Both the position numbers and the translations under genes were made by a program. Positions 7,983-17,959 of a stretch of DNA of 64,000 nt are shown piece after piece. This DNA is from Candidatus Woesearchaeota archaeon (GTDB lineage: Archaea > Nanobdellota > Nanobdellia > Pacearchaeales > GW2011-AR1): positions 2,987-66,986 of the forward strand of contig CAZTIP010000003.1 of the NCBI GenBank assembly GCA_964613185.1, read 5' to 3'. Position 1 is the stretch's first letter; each line of letters starts with the position of its first letter. The notes under the pieces are model-generated. The model was not told the DNA's origin and searched no databases. It saw nothing but the letters and a program-made list of their open reading frames with translations.

Positions 7983-8576
7983 GTGTGTATGGTTTGGTTA
8001 GAAGTTGAAACAAAAGTGAAGTTGAAGAATTCTGAAGTCGCACCATTAAGGAAAAAAATAAAAAAAATTGCAATTCTTAAAAAAAAGGGTAAAAAAACTG
8101 ATGATTATTTTGCAATTCAAAAAAGAGGTTATCCAAAAAAAGCATTTAGATTTAGGGCAATGAGGGATTCTACAGAAGTAACTTTCAAGAGATGGTTAAA
8201 AAAGTATTGGACAAAAGAAATTGTAGTAAAACAAGAATTTGAATTTAAATTAAAAGATAAAAAAAATAAGGATGCCCTAATAGAACTCTTCAAAGATTTC
8301 GGATTTAAAGAATGGGTTCAGAAAGTTAAAAGAAACGAAACTTACAAACATAAGAAAAATAAGAAAATTTCTATAGAGATTAATCATGTAAAAAATTTAG
8401 GATATTTTATGGAAATTGAATATTTATGTGAAAAGAAAGATATGCAAAAAGCAATCAAGGCAATTCAGGAAACCTTAAATGAGCTTGAAATTAAACCGGA
8501 ACAAATAGAAAACAAAGGATATACAAAAATGCTTTGGGAAAGTGGAAAATTAGGAAAAAGTAAATTTATAAATTAA
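7983..8576 (+). CDS. CYTH-domain (triphosphate tunnel metalloenzyme / CyaB-like) protein
   Basis: N-terminal ExExK motif (LEVETKVKL). C-terminal acidic motif GYFMEIEYL. ~190 aa, the usual size for stand-alone CYTH proteins. Confidence 0.5.
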   Translation: MCMVWLEVETKVKLKNSEVAPLRKKIKKIAILKKKGKKTDDYFAIQKRGYPKKAFRFRAMRDSTEVTFKRWLKKYWTKEIVVKQEFEFKLKDKKNKDALIELFKDFGFKEWVQKVKRNETYKHKKNKKISIEINHVKNLGYFMEIEYLCEKKDMQKAIKAIQETLNELEIKPEQIENKGYTKMLWESGKLGKSKFIN

Positions 8577-8577
8577 T

Positions 8578-10512
8578 ATGAAAAAACCATTAAAATATGT
8601 TGTAAAGAGAAAGGGGCACTTTTGGCCAAGCAATGAAATGAAAAAAATTGCAAATATTTCTGACGAAAAAATTTACAAAAAAGCAGAAAAAAATCCGATA
8701 AAGTTTTGGGGTGATTTAGCAAGGAAAGGTTTAACTTGGGAAAAAGAATGGGATGAAAAAAATACTTATGTAGAAAAACTCCCATATTTTAAATGGTTCA
8801 AGGGAGGAAAATTAAATTTTTCAGTAAATTGCTTAGATCGGCATCTAGATAAGGGCAATCAAACAGCATTAATTTGGGTGCCAGAACCAACAAATGAAAA
8901 GCCAATAAAATTAACTTACGCAGAACTTTACGAAAAAGTAAACCGATTTTCAAATGTTTTAAAAAATTATGGGGTAAAAAAAGGAGACATAGTTTCAATT
9001 TATCTTCCCATGATTCCGGAAGCATTAATCGCAATGTTGGCATGTACACGAATTGGTGCGATTCATTCTGTTGTTTTTAGTGCATTTTCTGCAGAGGCAC
9101 TTAACGCAAGAATAAAAGACGGAAAGTCAAAAATATTAATCACTTCAGATAAATATTATCGAAGGGGAAAACCAGAAAATTTATTGCAAAAAGCAAAAAA
9201 GGCTATTGAAAAAACAACAATAAAAAAAGTAATTATTGTTAATCGTGAAGGGAAAAAGACGAAGGGAAAAAAGTTTTTAGATTTTAAGACCGAACTTAAA
9301 AAAGCAGAAAGTTATTGTAAACCTGAAATTGTAAATTCTGAAGACACAATGTTTTTGTTATATACTTCTGGAACAACAGGGAATCCAAAGGGAATCATGC
9401 ATGATACTGGAGGTTACGCGACTCAAGCTTATTGGACTTCGAAATGGAATTTTAATTTAAACAGGGAAGATATAATGTGGTGTACTGCAGATATAGGGTG
9501 GGTTACTGGACACACCTATGCATTTTACGGTCCATTATTGGTCGGAGCAACAACATTAATTTATGAGGGAAGTCCAGATTATCCAAATCCTGGAAGATGG
9601 TGGAAAATAATTCAAGAGCATAAGGTAAATGTATTTTACACTGCACCAACCGCAATAAAAATGTTTATGAGGTTTGATAAAAAATGGATAAAGAAATACG
9701 ATTTATCTTCTTTGAAAATTCTTGGAAGTGTAGGAGAACCAATTGATAAAGAATCTTGGAAATGGTATTTTGATAAAATTGGAGGAAGGAGATGTCCAAT
9801 TATAGATACTTGGTGGCAAACGGAAACTGGAGGAACATTAATCAATGCACTCCCAGGAATAGGACCTTTTATACCAACAATTTCTGGAAAAAGTTTTCCG
9901 GGAATAAAACATTCGATAGTTAATGAAAAAGGAAAAATTATAAAAAATGAAAAACCAGGTTTTTTGATACAGGAAAGTCCTTTTGCACCCGGGATGCTTC
10001 ACGGAGTTTTCAATAATCATAAAAAATATATAGAAACTTATTGGAAAAAATTTAAGAAAAAATATGATACAAGTGATGGAGCTTATTTGCAAAATAATTT
10101 AATTAGAATAACTGGGAGAACAGATGATGTAATGAAAGTTGCAGGGCACAGACTTTCTACAGCAGAACTTGAAAATGCAATTCATGAAAATTCAAAAGTG
10201 GGCGATTGTGCTGTTGTTCCAATGCCTGATAAAATCAAAGGGCAAGTTCCAATAGCATTTGTAATTTTAAAAAAAGATCAAAGTTCAGAAAATTTAGAAA
10301 AACAATTAAAAAAATATATTGATAAAAAAATTGGACCAACTGCAAGACCACATAAATTTTATTTTATAAAAGATTTACCAAAAACACGTTCAGGAAAAAT
10401 AATGAGAAGAATATTAAGAGCTTTGTTAATTAACGAAGAACCAAAAGGGTTAATGACATTAGTAAATCCATCTTCAGTAAATAAAATAAAGGAAATAATT
10501 AATTCAAAATAA
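8578..10512 (+). CDS. acs: Acetyl-CoA synthetase (AMP-forming)
   Basis: LYTSGTTGNPKG AMP-binding motif, WWQTETGG, YGPLLVGATTLIYEG, and the C-terminal lysine motif region. 644 aa. Confidence 0.9.
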   Translation: MKKPLKYVVKRKGHFWPSNEMKKIANISDEKIYKKAEKNPIKFWGDLARKGLTWEKEWDEKNTYVEKLPYFKWFKGGKLNFSVNCLDRHLDKGNQTALIWVPEPTNEKPIKLTYAELYEKVNRFSNVLKNYGVKKGDIVSIYLPMIPEALIAMLACTRIGAIHSVVFSAFSAEALNARIKDGKSKILITSDKYYRRGKPENLLQKAKKAIEKTTIKKVIIVNREGKKTKGKKFLDFKTELKKAESYCKPEIVNSEDTMFLLYTSGTTGNPKGIMHDTGGYATQAYWTSKWNFNLNREDIMWCTADIGWVTGHTYAFYGPLLVGATTLIYEGSPDYPNPGRWWKIIQEHKVNVFYTAPTAIKMFMRFDKKWIKKYDLSSLKILGSVGEPIDKESWKWYFDKIGGRRCPIIDTWWQTETGGTLINALPGIGPFIPTISGKSFPGIKHSIVNEKGKIIKNEKPGFLIQESPFAPGMLHGVFNNHKKYIETYWKKFKKKYDTSDGAYLQNNLIRITGRTDDVMKVAGHRLSTAELENAIHENSKVGDCAVVPMPDKIKGQVPIAFVILKKDQSSENLEKQLKKYIDKKIGPTARPHKFYFIKDLPKTRSGKIMRRILRALLINEEPKGLMTLVNPSSVNKIKEIINSK

Positions 10513-10513
10513 A

Positions 10514-12040
10514 ATGAGGTTAAATATTTTAATAGGGGGAAGAGCAGGACAAGGAATCAACAAAGTTTCAGAAATCGTATCAAATGTTCTAGTAAATCAA
10601 GGATATTTTATTTTCAATTACAGAGATTATCAATCATTAATTAGAGGGGGACATAATTTTAATGTTCTTTCAATATCTGAGAAACAAATAGAAAGTCATG
10701 AAACAAAGATGGATATTTTAGTAGCCTTAGATGAAAGAACAATAAAAATTCATGAAAAATCATTAAAGAGTGGAGGGATAACAATCACTAGAAAGAATTT
10801 TTTAAACGAAGGAAGAAATTTAAATATAGCCTTAGCAGGAACGTTGATAAAAATTTTAGGAATTCCATTAAAAGAATTAAATATTGAGATAAAAAAACAA
10901 TTTAGAAATTCAAAGGAATCTTTAATTTCTGCAAAGAAAGGTTATGATTCTCAAAAAGAAAAATTTTCATTAAAAAAATTAAATAATGAAATTGCAATTC
11001 TTTCAGGAAATCAAGGTGTTGCAAAAGGTGCAATTAATTCAGAATTGGATATTTACATTGCATATCCGATGACCCCTTCAACAAATGCGATGCATGAACT
11101 AGCAAAAAGTCAAATAAAAAATCAACTAATGGTTTTTCAAGCAGAGGGAGAAATTGCGGCAGCAAATATGGCTTTAGGTGCATCATTTGCAGGAGCAAAA
11201 ACTATGGTCGGAACTTCAGGAGGTGGTTTTGATTTAATGGGGGAAGCGATATCACTTCAGGGAACTTCGGAAGTCCCTTTAACAATTTATTTAGCTTCAA
11301 GACCTGGGCCAGGAACTGGAGTCCCAACATACACTGCCCAATCGGATTTAAATATTGCATTAAGAAGTGGGCACGGAGAATTCTCAAGAATAGTTTTAGC
11401 TCCAGGAAATGCAATAGAAACAATAGAAAAAACATCTGAAGCACTATACTTAGCAGAAAAGTTCAAGACACTTTCAATTATTTTATCAGATAAGCATATA
11501 GCGGAATCGGAATTTTCAACAATCAAAAAAACAGAAAAAACAAAGTTAATTAAAATGTCTAGAAAGATTCCAGGAGAAAATATAGTGAGAGTTTCTTCTT
11601 ATGAATCTGATAAATTTGGAAATACCACTGAATCTTACATCTTAACAGAAAAGAATCATAATTCAAGATTAGAAAAATATGAGAGAATAAAAAATTTTAT
11701 AGAAAAGAATATTGAAATGACAAAATTGCACGGGAATCCAAATTCACGAAATTTAATTATAGGGTGGGGTTCTCCTTCGGGTGCAATTAAAGACGCAATT
11801 AAAAATTTAGATTTTAAATTTCTTCAAATAATTTATATGAAACCACTATCTCCGAAGATAAAAATAGAGATAGAAAAAGCAGATAAAATAATTCTTATAG
11901 AAAGTAATTCAACAGGACAATTAGGAAGATTAATTAGAGAAAAAACTGGAATAAAAATTGAAAACAGGATTTTGAAATACAATGGAAGACCATTTCATTC
12001 AGATGAACTAAAAAAATATTTAAAAGAAGTTTTAGAATGA
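10514..12040 (+). CDS. 2-oxoacid:ferredoxin oxidoreductase, fused gamma-alpha subunit (pyruvate/2-oxoglutarate family)
   Basis: N-terminal gamma-like domain (IGGRAGQGI). Alpha-domain motif GNQGVAKGAINSELDIYIAYPMTPST. Its TGA stop overlaps the ATG of the beta subunit (ATGA). Confidence 0.85.
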   Translation: MRLNILIGGRAGQGINKVSEIVSNVLVNQGYFIFNYRDYQSLIRGGHNFNVLSISEKQIESHETKMDILVALDERTIKIHEKSLKSGGITITRKNFLNEGRNLNIALAGTLIKILGIPLKELNIEIKKQFRNSKESLISAKKGYDSQKEKFSLKKLNNEIAILSGNQGVAKGAINSELDIYIAYPMTPSTNAMHELAKSQIKNQLMVFQAEGEIAAANMALGASFAGAKTMVGTSGGGFDLMGEAISLQGTSEVPLTIYLASRPGPGTGVPTYTAQSDLNIALRSGHGEFSRIVLAPGNAIETIEKTSEALYLAEKFKTLSIILSDKHIAESEFSTIKKTEKTKLIKMSRKIPGENIVRVSSYESDKFGNTTESYILTEKNHNSRLEKYERIKNFIEKNIEMTKLHGNPNSRNLIIGWGSPSGAIKDAIKNLDFKFLQIIYMKPLSPKIKIEIEKADKIILIESNSTGQLGRLIREKTGIKIENRILKYNGRPFHSDELKKYLKEVLE

Positions 12041-12891
12041 AGAAAATAAAAACTTATTCAACAAAGGAATTATTAAGGGGAAAATCAGAAAATACTTGGT
12101 GTCCGGGGTGTCCAAATTTTATGATTTTAGATAGTTTTAAACAAACAATTGCAAATTTTATAGATTCTAAAAAATATAAAAAAGAAAATTTTGCAATAAC
12201 AACAGATATTGGATGTCACGGAAAGATTTTCGATTATTTAACGCTTTCTGGATTTTATTCACTTCATGGAAGGGCAATACCAACAGGAATCGGAATGAAA
12301 CTCGGAAATCCAAATTTAAAGGTGATAACTTTTGCAGGAGACGGCGCAGTCTACTCGGAAGGAATAGAACATTTAATTCATGCATTCAAATACAATGCAG
12401 ATACAACTTTAATTCTTCACGACAATCAATCTTTCTCCTTAACAACAGGCCAACCAACACCAACTTCTCAACAAGGATTTATTTCAAAATCAGAACCTTT
12501 AGGAGTTTTCGACAAACCATTAAACCCATTAAAACTTGCTCTCGCATCAAACGCGACATTCATTGCAAGAACAAATGCAAGAGATATGAAACACATGATA
12601 GAAATATTCACCAAAGCAATAAATCACAAAGGATTTTCATTCGTAGAAGTAATTCAGGATTGCATAATTTTTAATTTAGAACAAAATAATAAGGATAAAA
12701 GAATGTATAAAATAAAAGACAATACAAAAAAAACAATAGCAGAAAAATTATCCAATGAATATGATTATAATTCAGGGGATGGGAGAATTCCACTTGGAGT
12801 CATTTATCAATCGCAAGAACTTTCACTTGAAGAAAAATGGCCTCAGTTAAGAAATTTAATCAAGAAAAAAACCTATTGGAAAAATAAATAA
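12037..12891 (+). CDS. 2-oxoacid:ferredoxin oxidoreductase beta subunit (TPP-binding)
   Basis: WCPGCPNF Cys motif. TPP-binding GDGAVYSEG...FAGDG-type motif. Confidence 0.85.
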   Translation: MKKIKTYSTKELLRGKSENTWCPGCPNFMILDSFKQTIANFIDSKKYKKENFAITTDIGCHGKIFDYLTLSGFYSLHGRAIPTGIGMKLGNPNLKVITFAGDGAVYSEGIEHLIHAFKYNADTTLILHDNQSFSLTTGQPTPTSQQGFISKSEPLGVFDKPLNPLKLALASNATFIARTNARDMKHMIEIFTKAINHKGFSFVEVIQDCIIFNLEQNNKDKRMYKIKDNTKKTIAEKLSNEYDYNSGDGRIPLGVIYQSQELSLEEKWPQLRNLIKKKTYWKNK

Positions 12892-12894
12892 TTA

Positions 12895-13689
12895 TTAGTC
12901 AAATAATCTCTTCGCATTTTTCAAAATTTCTTTTGCGACAATCTCCACAGAAACATCTTTAATCTTCGCAATCTCAGAAACAGTTCCAACAACATCTGAA
13001 GGTTCACTTCTTTCACCAGCAACTGAAGCTAAATAAGGTGCATCAGTTTCGGTCATCAAATTTTCAAGAGGGACAATTTCTGCCATCATTTTAAAATGTT
13101 CAAGACGAGTAATTACTGCAGGAATACTAAGGTACCATCCATTTTCAACACATCGCCTAATCAATGATTTTTTTCCACTAAAACAATGCATTAAAACTTT
13201 ATTCGCACCTTCTTCTTCCATAATTTCAATAGCCCTCAATTCGGCCTTTCTAGAGTGGATAACAAGAGTTTTGTTTAATTTTTTAGCTAGTTGAATTATT
13301 TTTCTAAAAATCGGTTCTTGCAAATCTTCAGTTCCAGGGATTATTTTAAAATCAAGTCCGACTTCTCCAATCGCAACACATGAATCTTTATTTTTTTCAA
13401 TCCATTTTAATTCTTCATCAACATCAAACCTTTCAACAAATCTCATATAACTTTCATCCCCGACATCTTTTAATTTATTAGAAATTGCATCAACAGGGTA
13501 AATTCCAAAACTGCATTTAACAATTTTATATTTTTTAGAAAGTTCCAAAACTTTTCTATTTGTCGACGGATTTACCCCAGAAGCAACAATAGTTTTAACA
13601 CCCAATTTTTCTGCCGAATTAACAACTTTTAAAATATCATCTTTAAATCTCTCATGATCTAAATGCATATGTGCATCAACAAATTCCAT
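12895..13689 (-). CDS. tatD: TatD-family metal-dependent hydrolase/DNase
   Basis: MEFVDAHMHLDHERF start. The family's conserved His/Glu/Asp residues are present throughout. Confidence 0.85.
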   Translation of the reverse strand: MEFVDAHMHLDHERFKDDILKVVNSAEKLGVKTIVASGVNPSTNRKVLELSKKYKIVKCSFGIYPVDAISNKLKDVGDESYMRFVERFDVDEELKWIEKNKDSCVAIGEVGLDFKIIPGTEDLQEPIFRKIIQLAKKLNKTLVIHSRKAELRAIEIMEEEGANKVLMHCFSGKKSLIRRCVENGWYLSIPAVITRLEHFKMMAEIVPLENLMTETDAPYLASVAGERSEPSDVVGTVSEIAKIKDVSVEIVAKEILKNAKRLFD

Positions 13690-13722
13690 AATATTTAATA
13701 ACCAAATACACTTAAAAATACT

Positions 13723-13941
13723 ATGATAGAATATTTAACATTAATATTAACAATACCTGTAGGATTATTACTGGCAAAAATCACTAAAGATGAAAAAAAA
13801 ATCTATTCACAAAAATTATATTTTCCAACAATTTTGTGGATACTCGCAATAATTGCTTCAATTACTTATTTTTTCGATAAAACTTCATCATTAACCTTAA
13901 CATTCATTTTTCTAACAACATTCATCTGGAACAAAGCATAA
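13723..13941 (+). CDS. Hypothetical small membrane protein (72 aa, 2 TM)
   Basis: Hydrophobic composition only. Confidence 0.3.
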   Translation: MIEYLTLILTIPVGLLLAKITKDEKKIYSQKLYFPTILWILAIIASITYFFDKTSSLTLTFIFLTTFIWNKA

Positions 13942-13971
13942 ACTTAAAACTTCTTTTTTCTCAATAAAAAT

Positions 13972-14694
13972 ATGGCATTTTACTTAATAGGATTAGGACT
14001 CGAAAAAGATTCAATCTCAGTTAATGCTCTAAAAACTTTAGAAACTTGTGATAAAATTTATTTAGAAAATTACACCGTAAATTTCCCCTATTCAAAAGAA
14101 GATTTAGAGAAATCACTAGATAAAAAAATTTTATTGAGCGATAGAAATCAAACGGAAAATGAATCACTCTTAGAGGAATCAAAAAATTCAAACATCGCAC
14201 TTTTGGTTTATGGAGATTCACTTTCAGCAACAACACATTATCATTTAATTTCCGAATGTAAAAAACAAAAAATTCCTTATCAAATTTTTCAAAACGCATC
14301 AATAATTACGGCCATTGCAATTACAGGATTACAACTATACAAATTTGGAAAAACAGCAAGCATGCCGAACTGGAAAGAACACACAAATAAACCAACCTCA
14401 TTCGCAAAATACATTCAAGAAAACGAATCAATTAAATCGCATACCTTAATTTTAACAGACATCGGACTAGAATTAAATTCTGCAATAAACCAATTAAAAG
14501 AATCTTCAGAAAAAGAAAAGGTAAAACTTCCAGAAAAAATAATTGTAATTTCAAATGTAGGAACAATTAATCAAAAAATAATTTACAACACTATTGAAAA
14601 CTTGAAAAAAGAAAAAATAGAAATGCCATTTTGCATTATAATTCCATCAAATTTACATTTTTTAGAAAAAGAATTTTTAGAAAATCTTAATTAA
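13972..14694 (+). CDS. dph5: Diphthine synthase (diphthamide biosynthesis methyltransferase, Dph5)
   Basis: MAFYLIGLGL...ETCDKIYLENYT. ITGLQLYKFGKTASM matches the archaeal Dph5 ITGLHIYKFGKSATV. Confidence 0.8.
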   Translation: MAFYLIGLGLEKDSISVNALKTLETCDKIYLENYTVNFPYSKEDLEKSLDKKILLSDRNQTENESLLEESKNSNIALLVYGDSLSATTHYHLISECKKQKIPYQIFQNASIITAIAITGLQLYKFGKTASMPNWKEHTNKPTSFAKYIQENESIKSHTLILTDIGLELNSAINQLKESSEKEKVKLPEKIIVISNVGTINQKIIYNTIENLKKEKIEMPFCIIIPSNLHFLEKEFLENLN

Positions 14695-14954
14695 TATCCG
14701 CTCTGAATTTTCACATCGCCAGATTTCATTTTACATTGGCAGGCAAGTCTTCTATTTTTATCATCTAAACCAAATGCCTCTTCTTTTTCATTCAAATCAG
14801 ATAAATTTTCCTTTCCATCAACAACATCAATTAAACAAGAACCGCAAACACCATCCTTACAAGAAAATGGAATTCCAAAGGATTCACAAGCTTCAATTAT
14901 TTCACTACCATCCTTAACTTCAACTTTTTTATCTCCCAAAGATATATTTCCCAT
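14691..14954 (-). CDS. 2Fe-2S ferredoxin-like protein
   Basis: Cys pattern C-x4-C-x2-C...C (SCKDGVCGSC ... LACQCKM). 87 aa. Confidence 0.5.
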   Translation of the reverse strand: MGNISLGDKKVEVKDGSEIIEACESFGIPFSCKDGVCGSCLIDVVDGKENLSDLNEKEEAFGLDDKNRRLACQCKMKSGDVKIQSGY

Positions 14955-15045
14955 GAAAAAATAAAAGAATACACCTTTAAAAGTTTAAGTAAAGCAAATA
15001 AATTTTCAAAGATAAACTTAAATAAGAATTATTACATCATTAACC

Positions 15046-17874
15046 ATGGTAAAGGATTCTTCAATTAACGAAAAAGAAAAAGAAATTTTAAAATTTTGGA
15101 ACATAGATGGAACTTTCAAAAAATCGTTAAAACAAACTGAAAAAGGAAAAGAATTTGTTTTTTTCGACGGACCCCCATTTGCAACAGGATTGCCCCATTA
15201 TGGGCATTTATTAGCCTCTGTGATAAAAGATGCAATTCCAAGGTACAAAACAATGCAAGGATTTCATGTAAATAGGCGATGGGGATGGGATTGTCACGGA
15301 TTGCCGATAGAAAACATTGCTGAAAAAAATTTAAAAATTAATTCAAAAGATGAAATTGAAAAGATGGGAATAGAAAAATTCAATAAGTTTTGCAGAAACA
15401 CAGTATTGACCTATACAGAAGAATGGGGAAAAACTATAAAGAGAATTGCAAGATGGGTAGAATTTGAAAATTCGTATAAAACTATGGATAATTCTTATAT
15501 CGAAAGTGTATGGTGGGCATTTAAACAACTTTACGAAAAAGGGTTTATTTACAAAGGAGAAAAAATTCTGATGTATTGCCCGAGATGTTCAACACCATTA
15601 TCCAAATCCGAAATTACAATGGATAATTCTTACAAAATAACAAAAGACATAACTGCAACTGCAAAATTCAAATTAACAGGAGAAGATGTTTATGCACTTG
15701 CATGGACAACAACCCCATGGACACTACCTTCAAATCTTGCACTAACTGTAAATCCGGAAATAGAATATTCATATGTAAAGGATAAGTCTGATGGAACAAT
15801 ATACCTTTTAGCAAAAGAATTAATTAAAAATTATTTCAAAAACGAGGATGAATACGAAATTAAAAAAACTATTCAGGGAAAGAAATTAGTTGGAAAAACA
15901 TACGAACCTTTATTCCCTTATTTTAAAGACCATAAAAATGCTTTCAAATTTCTTTCAGGAGATTTTGTAACTGCTGAAGAAGGTACGGGAATTGTTCACA
16001 CGGCACCAGCATTTGGAGAAGAAGATTATAACATCTGTAAGGAAAATGAAATTGAAATGGTTCAACCAGTTAACGAAAAAGGAATGTTTACAAAAGAAGT
16101 AAAAGATTTTGAAGGAAAATATATTCACGACACAAATACTGAAATTGTAATTTTTTTAAAGAAAAAAGGAAAAATCGTTTCCTCAAGAAAAATAGATCAT
16201 GAATATCCCTTTTGTTATAGGTGCGAAACTAAACTAATTTATCGAGCATTACCTGCATGGTTTGTAAATATTCAAAAGATAAAACCAAGAATGCTTGAAT
16301 TAAATCAAAAAATAAATTGGCATCCTTCTTTTTTGAGAGACGGAAGATTCAGACACAATATTGAAACTGCTCCAGATTGGAATATTTCTAGAAACAGATA
16401 TTGGGCAGCTGCAATACCTATTTGGGAATCAGAAGATGGAGAAAGAATTGTTTTAGGAAGCATTGAAGAATTAAATAAATATTCAAAGAAATCTCCAAAG
16501 GAAGTAGATTTGCATAAAGATTTTTTAGATAAAGTGGTCCTGGAAAAAAATGGAAAAAAATATAAAAGAATTCCGGAAGTTTTTGATTGTTGGTTTGAAT
16601 CAGGTTCAATGCCCTTTGCACAATTACATTACCCTTTTGAAAACAAAGATTACTTCAAAAAACATTTTCCTTCACAATACGTAGCAGAATATATCGGGCA
16701 AACGAGAGCATGGTTCTATTACATGTTAGCAATTTCTGCAATTCTATTCGACAAAATACCTTTTGAAAATGTCCAAACTACAGGAATAGTTTTGGCAGAA
16801 GATGGAGAAAAAATGTCCAAATCAAAAGGAAATTTTACCGATCCAAATTTAGTTATAGAAAAATATGGGGCAGACACGGTGAGATTTTATCTTTTAGGTT
16901 CTCAAATCATGGATGCAGATAATTTAAAATTTTCGGATAGACAAGTAGATGAAATTTACAAAAAAGTGACTGTTTTACTTTACAACATAAATAATTTTTA
17001 TGAATTATACACTGAAGTTCCAGAGTCTAAAAAACAATCTGAAAAAATAATAGATAAATGGATTATTTCAAAAATAAATAATTTGATAAATAATGTCACA
17101 ACAAATTTAGAGAATTATAAAACTATCAAAGTTTGTTCGGAGATTAGAAATTTTATCGACGATTTATCTACCTGGTATGTTAGGACATCTAGAGATAGAT
17201 TTAATCAAAATGATGTAGATGCAAAAACTACATTAAAATATGTTTTAGAAAGATTAAGTAAAATTATAGCTCCTTTAATGCCTTTTATTGCTGAAAGAAT
17301 TCACCAAACATTAGGTATAGAAGAAAATTCAGTTCATTTATCTAAATGGCCAAAATCAGAAAATAAAAAAATTAACAATTCCCTAGAAGAAGAAATGATA
17401 TTCGCAAGGACCATCGTTTCAACAGCCCTAAGAGAAAGAGATCGGAATCAAGTAAGTTTAAAGTGGCCCCTTTCAAAAGCAATAATCAAATCAGAGAATA
17501 AATTAAATAAAGAACTTGAAGAGATTGTAAAATCACAATTAAACATCAAAAAACTGACTTACAAGAGGGTTAAAGAACTCTCTGTAGAATTGGATACTAA
17601 TTTAACTCCTGAGTTGGAGGCAGAAGGTTTTGCAAGAGAAATGACAAGAAAAATTCAAGCAATGAGAAAAAGTGCAGGATTGATAAAATCAGAAAAAATA
17701 GAACTTGAAATTTCATCAGAGTTTAACAAAAAAATAATTTCAAAAAAAGATTTTATTCAGAAGAAGGTCGGGGCAAAATCTTTATCTTTTGAAAAATCTT
17801 CAAAAAAATTTGAGTACTCAGAAGAAGGAAAAATTAAAAAAAATTCTTTCTTAATAAAATTCAATAAATTATAA
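15046..17874 (+). CDS. ileS: Isoleucyl-tRNA synthetase (archaeal/eukaryotic type)
   Basis: FDGPPFATGLPHYGHLLASVIKD...WGWDCHGLPIE is near-identical to the eukaryotic cytosolic IleRS signature. KMSKS motif present. Confidence 0.9.
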   Translation: MVKDSSINEKEKEILKFWNIDGTFKKSLKQTEKGKEFVFFDGPPFATGLPHYGHLLASVIKDAIPRYKTMQGFHVNRRWGWDCHGLPIENIAEKNLKINSKDEIEKMGIEKFNKFCRNTVLTYTEEWGKTIKRIARWVEFENSYKTMDNSYIESVWWAFKQLYEKGFIYKGEKILMYCPRCSTPLSKSEITMDNSYKITKDITATAKFKLTGEDVYALAWTTTPWTLPSNLALTVNPEIEYSYVKDKSDGTIYLLAKELIKNYFKNEDEYEIKKTIQGKKLVGKTYEPLFPYFKDHKNAFKFLSGDFVTAEEGTGIVHTAPAFGEEDYNICKENEIEMVQPVNEKGMFTKEVKDFEGKYIHDTNTEIVIFLKKKGKIVSSRKIDHEYPFCYRCETKLIYRALPAWFVNIQKIKPRMLELNQKINWHPSFLRDGRFRHNIETAPDWNISRNRYWAAAIPIWESEDGERIVLGSIEELNKYSKKSPKEVDLHKDFLDKVVLEKNGKKYKRIPEVFDCWFESGSMPFAQLHYPFENKDYFKKHFPSQYVAEYIGQTRAWFYYMLAISAILFDKIPFENVQTTGIVLAEDGEKMSKSKGNFTDPNLVIEKYGADTVRFYLLGSQIMDADNLKFSDRQVDEIYKKVTVLLYNINNFYELYTEVPESKKQSEKIIDKWIISKINNLINNVTTNLENYKTIKVCSEIRNFIDDLSTWYVRTSRDRFNQNDVDAKTTLKYVLERLSKIIAPLMPFIAERIHQTLGIEENSVHLSKWPKSENKKINNSLEEEMIFARTIVSTALRERDRNQVSLKWPLSKAIIKSENKLNKELEEIVKSQLNIKKLTYKRVKELSVELDTNLTPELEAEGFAREMTRKIQAMRKSAGLIKSEKIELEISSEFNKKIISKKDFIQKKVGAKSLSFEKSSKKFEYSEEGKIKKNSFLIKFNKL

Positions 17875-17959
17875 TTCTCCTCGATAAAATTCATTTTTAC
17901 CCCTCTATGAAGAAACAATTTAAAGAAACATTTAAATACTATTTCCAACTAAAAATAAT

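Noticed and set aside
8573-12674. Multiple short ORFs antisense to or frame-shifted from acs/OFOR: 8573..8785, 8798..9049, 9636..9845, 9838..10092, 11202..11444, 11287..11526, 12167..12385, 12213..12674
   Set aside because: They are all embedded in strongly supported enzyme genes and have biased low-complexity translations.
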